Positions 9,497-17,684 of a stretch of 32,000 nt of DNA are shown here, one piece after another. Where the stretch lies: positions 10,869-42,868 of the forward strand of contig JAWOFX010000113.1 in NCBI GenBank assembly GCA_046497275.1. The letters are read 5' to 3'. The notes beneath the pieces are model-generated. The model made no database searches. It worked only from the letters and a program-made list of their open reading frames with translations, and was not told the origin of the DNA. The first letter of the stretch is position 1; every line of letters starts with the position of its first letter. The DNA comes from Promethearchaeia archaeon. GTDB lineage: Archaea > Asgardarchaeota > Lokiarchaeia > Sigyniarchaeales > SOKP01. Made by a program: the position numbers and the translations under genes.

Positions 9497-11338
9497 TTAC
9501 TTATGCTCACTATTTTTTATTAACCTTTCTTTTTCAACTAATTTCCCTTTTTCAATAGTTTTTTTATCAGCGAAAATTAATCCTGAATCTAAAATTAGAT
9601 ATGTTAAGATATAAGCGGGAATGTAGAGAATAATCCATAAGAGAATACCTAGTATTTTAGTATTAAATATTTCGCGTTTTTTATTGAGAATTTTTGGAAT
9701 TCTATGATATATCATTTTATTCTCATTTTTTTCACTCACGATTCCTTTTCTATTATATCCTTCTTGATACTCATTTTGCCTTAAAAATGATCTGAAATCT
9801 CTGTAGATCCAGATAAACCAACCTGCTAAGTAATTTTTCGCGTTAAATGTTCTAATTGAATAGTCGAGAACATGAAGTTGTCTTTCTTCACTGAATTTCG
9901 TTTGGTTCTTCCATTTATCATGAAATCCATACTTAGCTCCTGCTCCGAATTCTGTATATATCCAAGGTTTATTAAAAGTAGGAGTACGCATTACATCCAA
10001 CATCAAGCTAATCATACGAGAACTTCCTACATACCAACCAAAATAAAAATTAATTGTAGCAACATCAGCATATCTTCGAGTTAAATCTGTAAATAATTTC
10101 ATGGATACATAAGTTACTAATCTCGTATCGTCATGCATTCGAACCCAGTCCATTAATCGTTTCATAAATTTTGCTACTTCAGGTCTTTCGATGGGGATTT
10201 CATTACCAACACTCCACCAGATGACTGATGGGTGGTTAATATCTCTTTTTATAAGACTTCTTATCATTTTCGCAGCAGCTCTAAATGATTTATTACTTTT
10301 AAAATTACATGCCCAATATACTGGAATCTCTTCTAAAATTAACATTCCCTCCTTATCAGCAATACTAATTAAATCTTCATCATGAGAATAATGTGCGGTT
10401 CTTAGGGCATTGAAACCTAGCGATTTCATAGATTTAATATCTTTCACTCGCTCCTCATAAGGTATTGTTCTCCCATAGGGCATTAACTCTTCGTGAAGAC
10501 TGGCACCTTTAAGAAAAATTCTTTTTTTATTCAAAAAAATATATTTTTCTATTACCTCAATTTCTCTGATTCCAAAATGGGATTCATAGAGTAATTCATT
10601 TGTTTCTTTATTGAAGATTTTTAAAAGGTATAAATAAGGATTCTCTGGAGACCAGAGTTTGGGATCATCAAAAGTAAAAGAGATCTCCCCTTTTCCCATG
10701 GTTTCTGAGATTTCACCATAATATAAAGTTTGACTTTCTGAGTTATTTAATATTTGCCAATATAAAGAAAGTTTTCCTACTATCTTATAGGAAATGCTTA
10801 TTTTACTTTTTGATCTTGATTCTAAAGTGGTTTTTATGACAACATCTTTAAGTCTATTTTGGGTTAAAAATATTAATTTAACATTTCTATAAATTCCACC
10901 CCAATTGAACCAATCAAAGGATATTGCAGGAATTCTGTCTTTTCTCCTAATATTTTCAGTTCGTACCACGAGTAGAATCTTATCTTGATTAATGGATTGA
11001 ATATTAAAATGAAAAGGCACAAAACCACCATCATGTTCTCCTAAATATTTTCCATTAAGCCAGACTTTCGTATTATAATTAGAACCATTGAATTTCAAGA
11101 GATAAATCGAAGTACCCATACTACCGTTCTTTTTTATTTCGAACTCATAAAAATGCCAAAAAATTCCTTCATATACTTCATATCCCTTTAAAATATTGAA
11201 ACTATTTGGAATTTCAATATCTAACAAATCATTATGATTTTTATGATACCATTGAGGTTGGAACCATTCAGATTCAATACCTTTATTGTCCTTGTCTGCT
11301 TTAGCTTTCCATTTCCCATTAAGTGAGTAAACATTCAT
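9497..11338 (-). CDS. Glycoside hydrolase family 2, beta-glucuronidase-like, with C-terminal hydrophobic helix
   Basis: YLGEHDGGFVPF, WFNWGGIYR, FGIREI, LRTAHY, WSVGNE (acid/base), TEFGAGA (nucleophile), YNRKG (NxKG glucuronidase motif). Confidence 0.9.
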   Translation of the reverse strand: MNVYSLNGKWKAKADKDNKGIESEWFQPQWYHKNHNDLLDIEIPNSFNILKGYEVYEGIFWHFYEFEIKKNGSMGTSIYLLKFNGSNYNTKVWLNGKYLGEHDGGFVPFHFNIQSINQDKILLVVRTENIRRKDRIPAISFDWFNWGGIYRNVKLIFLTQNRLKDVVIKTTLESRSKSKISISYKIVGKLSLYWQILNNSESQTLYYGEISETMGKGEISFTFDDPKLWSPENPYLYLLKIFNKETNELLYESHFGIREIEVIEKYIFLNKKRIFLKGASLHEELMPYGRTIPYEERVKDIKSMKSLGFNALRTAHYSHDEDLISIADKEGMLILEEIPVYWACNFKSNKSFRAAAKMIRSLIKRDINHPSVIWWSVGNEIPIERPEVAKFMKRLMDWVRMHDDTRLVTYVSMKLFTDLTRRYADVATINFYFGWYVGSSRMISLMLDVMRTPTFNKPWIYTEFGAGAKYGFHDKWKNQTKFSEERQLHVLDYSIRTFNAKNYLAGWFIWIYRDFRSFLRQNEYQEGYNRKGIVSEKNENKMIYHRIPKILNKKREIFNTKILGILLWIILYIPAYILTYLILDSGLIFADKKTIEKGKLVEKERLIKNSEHK

Positions 11339-11578
11339 ATCTTATCTCAAAAAATTTTATATTTTCATTAATGAAAATTAAATCTCATTTTAACATCTTA
11401 TTGTTTCAAATAAAACAATTTTTAAGAATAAAAAATAGAATTCAAAAAATTGAAATATAGGAGTTCCCTTTCATTATCCTATAATACCTCTCCTTTCTTC
11501 CCTATTTAAGAGACTTAAGAACATATTATAGAAATGCCTTAATTTAGGAGTAAGAGGTTCAAGATTGTTCTCTCTCAC

Positions 11579-11611
11579 AGAATGTTATTATGAATCCTTT
11601 AATAACATTCT
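11579..11611. repeat. Perfect 12-bp inverted repeat with 9-nt spacer
   Basis: AGAATGTTATTA-tgaatcctt-TAATAACATTCT in the divergent GH2/histone intergenic region. Confidence 0.8.
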
Positions 11612-11704
11612 ATGAGCAAAGAATCGTAGAGTTTAAATAGGAGTAAAATAGATTGTATAATAATAAATTATAATTTAAACAAAAACTCAATTTAAAATAA
11701 TAAT

Positions 11705-11710
11705 AGGAGG
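11705..11710 (+). promoter_or_regulatory. Shine-Dalgarno site of the histone gene
   Basis: AGGAGG 9 nt upstream of the ATG at 11720. Confidence 0.75.
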
Positions 11711-11719
11711 AATAATAAA

Positions 11720-11929
11720 ATGGCTAAGAAAAAAGCAGCTGCGGCTTCAACAGAAACTTTATTTGTTAAAAGTAAAGTAAGAGATTATATTAAGAGCAAA
11801 AATTGTAATACAAGCGGTGATGTAATAGATGGAGATGCTCTTAATAAGAGAATAATAGAGATTCTTGATAAAGCTGTAGAAAGAGCAAAAGCGAATGGTA
11901 GAAAGACAGTCCAAGAAAAAGATCTGTAA
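11720..11929 (+). CDS. Single histone-fold protein with short Lys/Ala N-terminal tail
   Basis: LFVKSKVRDYIK...ALNKRIIEILDKAVERAKANGRKTVQEKDL with the C-terminal RKTxxxxD histone signature; strong SD. Confidence 0.88.
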   Translation: MAKKKAAAASTETLFVKSKVRDYIKSKNCNTSGDVIDGDALNKRIIEILDKAVERAKANGRKTVQEKDL

Positions 11930-11954
11930 GCTTGGATAATATTAGAAAATCTAT

Positions 11955-11985
11955 GTTTTTTTTTCCCTATATTTTTCTTTTTTTA
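11955..11985 (+). terminator. Oligo-T tracts after the histone gene (convergent with nikR)
   Basis: Long T runs shortly after the stop codon. Confidence 0.45.
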
Positions 11986-12216
11986 GAACAAGTAATTAAA
12001 TTTAAAAAATCATCATAGTCTTCCTTTATATAAGCATCTCTATCTTTTTATTATTTAACACACACAATCTTAAATTAGAATAGAAAACAAATAAATAATC
12101 CCTGCAAATCGCCTTTACCCTAATAATTTTTTTGAACTAACAATTTTGGATTTCATATTTGTTTTTCTATTTCTCCCTTCTTTTTCTTAACTTTTTCGAA
12201 ATCAAGAAATAGAGGC

Positions 12217-12738
12217 TTAATCGGAGATTTCTTGTCCTATATTTTTATCGATAATGAAGAAATCAATTGATAAAACACTTTTTAATCTTTCTAAATCTTG
12301 TTTTAAATCTCTTATTCTATTATAATCTCCGGAAACAGCTATAATTTCAATACATTTTTCGTATTCTATATGAACATGCATTGTTGAGACAATGACATCA
12401 GCAAAATGATGTTGGATATCATTATTTAAAATTAAATCTGTCTGATGAATATTTGCATATATCGGTCTTGATTTAAAATCATGATCGTGTGTATCGGTAT
12501 CGTTTTCATGAATGTGATCTTGTTCCTCTCCTATATGTTCATGAGACATTATCATTGCTATACATCCAACAACATCACCTGCACTTTCGGGAAGATTCTC
12601 CTCTATAGCCATATATCTGTGCATTGCTTTTCGAACAGCATCAGATCTAGACACCTCCAATTTCTTTCGAAACTTCTCAAATTCTTGATAAAGAGTTTTG
12701 GGAAGGGAAACAGTAAAACGTTTGTATTCTTCACTCAT
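12217..12738 (-). CDS. nikR: NikR-family nickel-responsive regulator with His/acidic insertion
   Basis: Ribbon-helix-helix N-terminus (KRFTVSLP..SRSDAVRKAM); QHH...STMHVHI...CIEII Ni-binding motif. Confidence 0.88.
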   Translation of the reverse strand: MSEEYKRFTVSLPKTLYQEFEKFRKKLEVSRSDAVRKAMHRYMAIEENLPESAGDVVGCIAMIMSHEHIGEEQDHIHENDTDTHDHDFKSRPIYANIHQTDLILNNDIQHHFADVIVSTMHVHIEYEKCIEIIAVSGDYNRIRDLKQDLERLKSVLSIDFFIIDKNIGQEISD

Positions 12739-12843
12739 TTGAATTTTATGTTTCTTTTTTAACTATTTTTATTAATCTTACACTTTTTAAATATATTTGA
12801 GATGAAAATAATTTATAACTGTTTCTTATCAATTAATTTTTCT

Positions 12844-14298
12844 TTAAAATGAATCAAATATTCCTATTTTTCCCTCTATAGGTTTTAGGATTTTAATACC
12901 TTCATTATCGATGGAGTATTCTATAAAATGTTTAGAATGATTCGAATCTCTCATTTTTAATATACCTATGCCACGAGTCATTAGACCGTCGCGTTCAAAA
13001 TATCTTAATAAAATTATTGCATCAGCAAGAGTTGAGATATGTCCCATTCCTTTATTAAAATGATCTGAAAATGTAGGAGTAGTCGTTGTAAAGATTGCTA
13101 TAATATTATTTTCTCGGATGAAAAGAAAAAGATTAATGAGTGATTGTCTAAAAGTAAGGTTGCTAGTTATTCGTTCTAAAGCAGAAATACTGTCAATATA
13201 AATTCTATCCGGTTTAAAGGATTGTATTTTTGATTTCATATCCACAATAAGCTCTTCGATTCCTTGAGATTCTGGATAAATACAGTTCAACATAAATATA
13301 CCATCATTTTCCGGTTGTTCTAAATCTATATTCCAATTACGAGCTTTCTGGAGAATCTGTTCTCGACTCTCCTCAAAATTGAACATAATGCATTTTTCCC
13401 CATTTTGTAAAGACCCCTCTAACAATAGAAGTGTTATTAATGTTTTACCTGTTCCTGTTTGACCAGAAATCAGGATTGATGAGCCCTCGAAGAACCCTCC
13501 TCCCACCATATCATCGAGTTCGCTATAACCTGTAGATTCTCTTTCCCGCTTGGCAGGTAGTTCATTAGGATTTCTTTCAAATGAAATAATTATTATTCCT
13601 TCATTTTTTTTGATGGTGAAGGACTCTCTACCCTTTTTATGAGGCACTCCTCGATATTTTAAGATTTCAATTGTTCTTCTACGATGCTCTTCAAAAATAG
13701 TATTCTGGAGGAGGATTACATTATCACTAACGAAATCAAGAATATTATAATGTGAATCTTTTCCAAATTCTTCATATTGTTCCATTGTGATGATAGAGGT
13801 TACCGATAACGACTTTAAACATGATTTTAATCTGATAATTTCCTTCCGAACAATTGATTTATCAGGAAATCTATTGAATAAAACAGCGATAGAATCTAAT
13901 ACTACACGTTTTGCATTGATTTTTTCTACTGCATTCTTAATTCGAATAATTAAACCACTTAAATCATAATCGCCTCGTACTAGAAAATCATCCTCTATAC
14001 GCGGGGAAATATCAACAAACTCCCAAAATCCTGAATCCTTATATTTTTGAATATCTAATCCAAAATCTTTCATATTAATTATTATATCTTCGGGTGATTC
14101 TTCAAAAGTGATGAAGACTCCAGGATCTTTTGAATGGTTTATTCCTCCAATGAGAAACTGTACACAAAAGGTACTTTTCCCGCTGCCAGGCGTACCTGAA
14201 AGTAACGTCATTCTATTTTCCGGTATTCCACCCATCGATAAAATATCGAATCCATCAATTCCACTCGGAATTTTTTTTATGCTTTTCATAAAATTCAA
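12844..14298 (-). CDS. kaiC: Circadian clock protein KaiC (double RecA-like domain)
   Basis: CI P-loop GTPGSGKST, FEE, RRTIEILKYRG; CII P-loop GQTGTGKT, FEES, DSISAL, phosphosite HISTLAD, LKMRDS. Likely ATG start at 14289. Confidence 0.95.
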   Translation of the reverse strand: MNFMKSIKKIPSGIDGFDILSMGGIPENRMTLLSGTPGSGKSTFCVQFLIGGINHSKDPGVFITFEESPEDIIINMKDFGLDIQKYKDSGFWEFVDISPRIEDDFLVRGDYDLSGLIIRIKNAVEKINAKRVVLDSIAVLFNRFPDKSIVRKEIIRLKSCLKSLSVTSIITMEQYEEFGKDSHYNILDFVSDNVILLQNTIFEEHRRRTIEILKYRGVPHKKGRESFTIKKNEGIIIISFERNPNELPAKRERESTGYSELDDMVGGGFFEGSSILISGQTGTGKTLITLLLLEGSLQNGEKCIMFNFEESREQILQKARNWNIDLEQPENDGIFMLNCIYPESQGIEELIVDMKSKIQSFKPDRIYIDSISALERITSNLTFRQSLINLFLFIRENNIIAIFTTTTPTFSDHFNKGMGHISTLADAIILLRYFERDGLMTRGIGILKMRDSNHSKHFIEYSIDNEGIKILKPIEGKIGIFDSF

Positions 14299-14316
14299 GT
14301 AATTTTGAGGTGAAAT

Positions 14317-14568
14317 TTATATGAAAAAATCCTTTTCAGAATTAGAAAAATCTCCTATAAATCTCCTGGTTGGTCCAGGTAGGGTTCTTATCAAAAAAGG
14401 TGTTGCTATAACTCCAGCTTGTTCCGCAACTTGGGGATTATTCAATATATCAATAATCGTTAAATCATAATCAATATTCTTTAAACTTTCTTTTAAATTG
14501 CTTAATGCTGTCTTAGATTTGAGATCATTAGAACCGGCTAAAAATAATAAAAATCTTACCTCGGACAT
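14317..14568 (-). CDS. kaiB: Circadian clock protein KaiB
   Basis: LLFLAG, IIDILNNPQVAE, IATPFLIRTLPGPTRRFIGDFS closely match KaiB; directly upstream of kaiC. Confidence 0.93.
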   Translation of the reverse strand: MSEVRFLLFLAGSNDLKSKTALSNLKESLKNIDYDLTIIDILNNPQVAEQAGVIATPFLIRTLPGPTRRFIGDFSNSEKDFFI

Positions 14569-14803
14569 TTTTTTATATTCTATTTTTTTTTCTATACCTT
14601 ATCATATTACCTATAAAAAAAAGATTTAAAAATGTTTCTTATGAAAATTATTGATATTAATAATAAATAAGATTAAATATCAAAACTCAATCTTTAATTT
14701 TAATTTCGTAACAACATTTTTGAGAGAAACTTTAAAAACTAGAAATAGTCTTTACTAAGATCTGAAATTCCTAAAATATGTAAAAGTAATTTCAATTAAA
14801 ATA

Positions 14804-15538
14804 TCATTTACTAATAAATATAGCAATAGGTACACTTGCTTCGCGCCATTGAGCTATCTTTCCGGAAAATTCGAAATCCATGCGTGATCTGCCATGATCT
14901 CCTATAATAATCATTAATGAACCATTTCTTAATTGCTTATAATTACTTAGTATCCATTTATCTGTTCGATTTATGAGTTTTTCAATTAATTCCTCAGGAG
15001 TCTGTTGCCTTAATCTTTGTTGCTGTTTATGAAGATTTTCAAAATCTAAATAATGCATCCAAGAGAGATCATAATTATTTATAGCTTTTGCTGATTCTAT
15101 CCATGTTGCCATGTCAGTATCTTTTGCAATAGAATTAGTTCCCCCATCATAACGCTCTATATCTTTTTTACGTCCAACAAAACAAGTATTTTTTCCATTT
15201 TCATTAATATATTTAAGTAGATGAAATCCATTCGGTTCGTATTCAAACCCACCGAACATTAATTGGTGAAGAACTCCCAAGGTGTATGGATTCTTGGTGC
15301 TTAAAAGTGTCATTATTTCAGATTTTTGGATCATAAACTCGGGTTTAAAATACGTAATTTCAAATAATCCCGCATTAGAGATTAAATTAATCGAAATCCG
15401 CTTAACTCCTTTATATCTTTCAGTGATCTCTTTGATTGGATGTGGAATAGTATTTGTTGGGGGATCCAAATCAAGCAATTTTATTAAAGTTGCCGGTAAT
15501 TGAGAAAGATAAGCCTTTACAGTTTTTAATTCACTCAT
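14804..15538 (-). CDS. Alkaline phosphatase-superfamily (phosphodiesterase/PglZ-like) protein, apparently degenerate
   Basis: WMHYLDFE and MIIIGDHG motifs; no clear N-terminal metal-binding DG motif. Confidence 0.5.
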   Translation of the reverse strand: MSELKTVKAYLSQLPATLIKLLDLDPPTNTIPHPIKEITERYKGVKRISINLISNAGLFEITYFKPEFMIQKSEIMTLLSTKNPYTLGVLHQLMFGGFEYEPNGFHLLKYINENGKNTCFVGRKKDIERYDGGTNSIAKDTDMATWIESAKAINNYDLSWMHYLDFENLHKQQQRLRQQTPEELIEKLINRTDKWILSNYKQLRNGSLMIIIGDHGRSRMDFEFSGKIAQWREASVPIAIFISK

Positions 15539-15686
15539 ATTATAAGATCTCTTAATTATTGAAGATAGATTTTAATGTTAAATTACTTAATATTATAATA
15601 ATAATCACACTTTAATTATTTTATTTAATCAATCTAATTAAAGATAATTTCGAAAATTATACTTAATCAAAAAATAAGGAAATAGT

Positions 15687-15926
15687 ATGAATGCAAAAAA
15701 GAAATTAGAACTTATTGACACTATATTAGAGAGACATCATGAAGGTAGCTGTCTTTATTGCGGAGGAACTTTAAATAGGGATTTATTGGGAGAGGATTGG
15801 GATGAGATGAATCCTGATACCTACTGTACTTACTGTGGCAAGGATATTGACCCTTATGATGAGTGGGATCAAATGGCTATAGAAGCTATAGCAAAAGTTT
15901 TAAATGATGAGCGTTTTAAAGCTTAA
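15687..15926 (+). CDS. Small zinc-ribbon protein
   Basis: CLYC...CTYC in a 79-aa ORF. Confidence 0.7.
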   Translation: MNAKKKLELIDTILERHHEGSCLYCGGTLNRDLLGEDWDEMNPDTYCTYCGKDIDPYDEWDQMAIEAIAKVLNDERFKA

Positions 15927-15953
15927 ACTTTTTTAATAATTAATTTTTATTTT

Positions 15954-17660
15954 TTGAGTAAAATTACGAATTTGAATATGAGACTAAAGAAAAACAAGAA
16001 TTTAATTATTGCAATTATTGGATTTTTACTATCAATCAATTCACTCATTATAATATATGTTGGAGATCTCCCGTTGTTTAATTTGCAATTAATATCTTTT
16101 CAAGATGAAGGGGGAGATAATCTCATTGGTCAATATCATAGCGGAAATAAAAAGGCAGGTATTATTATACTAGAAGGATTTAGTACCGACCAAATGGCTA
16201 TGAAATCTATTAATTCTGAATTCAGTAAGTTAGGATTTCACACATTTAGTTTTGATTTTTCTGGACAAGGACGATCGGGCGGGACTCTTGGATTTGATAA
16301 TGCTGCAACCGATCGCCTGGCAAAACAAGTATTAAGTGCGAAAGAGGAATTTAAATCATTATCAGGTTTGAATGATTCTCAAATTGTTCTTTTAGGTCAT
16401 AGCATGGGTGCACGTGTAGCTCTTCAATCAGCAACTATAGATACATATAATGTTTCAGGATTAATACTAATTGGCGTTCAAGTAAATTTAATTCCAAATG
16501 TTCAAGCGGGATTCTTTACAGGAGTCTCAGATTTGGAACTGGAATGGATCCAAAATTTATCAATAACTAGTCCGCCCGTGGATATTTTGTTATTATCTGG
16601 TTCACTCGATGATATCATTAGTCCAAAAGCAGCAAGATTATTATTTGAAAAGCTGGGAGAAAATTCTGGATCATTTATAAGAGAATTGGAGATATATCCA
16701 TTATTGTTTCATAATTACGAAATTTACTCTCCGTTTTTAATTACTAAATCAATAAATTGGGCAGTTGAAAACCTAGGTTTAGAATCCAATCCACAATACT
16801 TTGCTATACAAACTTTATTAAGGAAAATATTTTGGATAATCGCATTAATAGGTTTATTCATGATTCCACTGTTCGGAGCTCACTATTTATCTGAAATAAG
16901 GAAAAGTTCCTCACCGAGAGAAACAAACAAGCATCAGAACCATCAAATAAGTAATAATTTGCAAATAAAAGATGTAAGCCGATTTTTTAAATTTAAATTG
17001 CTTTATTGGATAGGCGCGATTCCAATTGCATTATTATTACTTTTTTTATTATTTTTTATTCCCATAGGGTTGCCAATATTTAGCCTTTTTTATGTTGGTT
17101 TTATTGGGAGCTATGGAATTTTGATGTTGATTCTTTATAAAAAAGGCAAAGTAGCAGGAACTCAAGGTAAATTGATGATAAATTTTAAAGTTGAAAAAGA
17201 ATCTATCAATAAAAATTTGGGAATATCAATTGTTTTTTCATTATTGTTTATAGTCATTTGTGGATTATTTTTTAATTCTGGGATAAATTACGTATTTCCA
17301 TTCAATGCGAGAGTGAATTGGTTAATAATCTTTACAATCCTCACCATTCCAGGATTTTTTATAGGGCAAAAAGAAGCAACGCTATTAAATGATTCGGAGT
17401 ATGCAAGTGGGAGAAATAAAATAATCTTATGGATCATTGGCTTAGTTCCTTTTCTCATAATTTCAATTTTCTTTGCCATTTTGGGTTCTATCTCAGGGAT
17501 GATTGGCTCTATACATGGAATAATCATTCTTGTTTTCATAATTGTTTCTGGAAATTTTATTTCAAAATTAAGTAAACAGCCATTTGTCACAATAATTTAT
17601 CAGTCTTTTCTCATTCAATTACTTGTTTTAACACAAGGTGCACTTTTTGCCATTTTATAA
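15954..17660 (+). CDS. Alpha/beta hydrolase with N-terminal anchor and C-terminal multi-pass membrane domain
   Basis: FDFSGQGRS, GHSMG nucleophile, GSLDDII (Asp), LFHNYE (His); several hydrophobic segments in the C-terminal half. Likely ATG start at 15978. Confidence 0.8.
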   Translation: MSKITNLNMRLKKNKNLIIAIIGFLLSINSLIIIYVGDLPLFNLQLISFQDEGGDNLIGQYHSGNKKAGIIILEGFSTDQMAMKSINSEFSKLGFHTFSFDFSGQGRSGGTLGFDNAATDRLAKQVLSAKEEFKSLSGLNDSQIVLLGHSMGARVALQSATIDTYNVSGLILIGVQVNLIPNVQAGFFTGVSDLELEWIQNLSITSPPVDILLLSGSLDDIISPKAARLLFEKLGENSGSFIRELEIYPLLFHNYEIYSPFLITKSINWAVENLGLESNPQYFAIQTLLRKIFWIIALIGLFMIPLFGAHYLSEIRKSSSPRETNKHQNHQISNNLQIKDVSRFFKFKLLYWIGAIPIALLLLFLLFFIPIGLPIFSLFYVGFIGSYGILMLILYKKGKVAGTQGKLMINFKVEKESINKNLGISIVFSLLFIVICGLFFNSGINYVFPFNARVNWLIIFTILTIPGFFIGQKEATLLNDSEYASGRNKIILWIIGLVPFLIISIFFAILGSISGMIGSIHGIIILVFIIVSGNFISKLSKQPFVTIIYQSFLIQLLVLTQGALFAIL

Positions 17661-17684
17661 TCAAATCATTAATTAATTTTTTAA

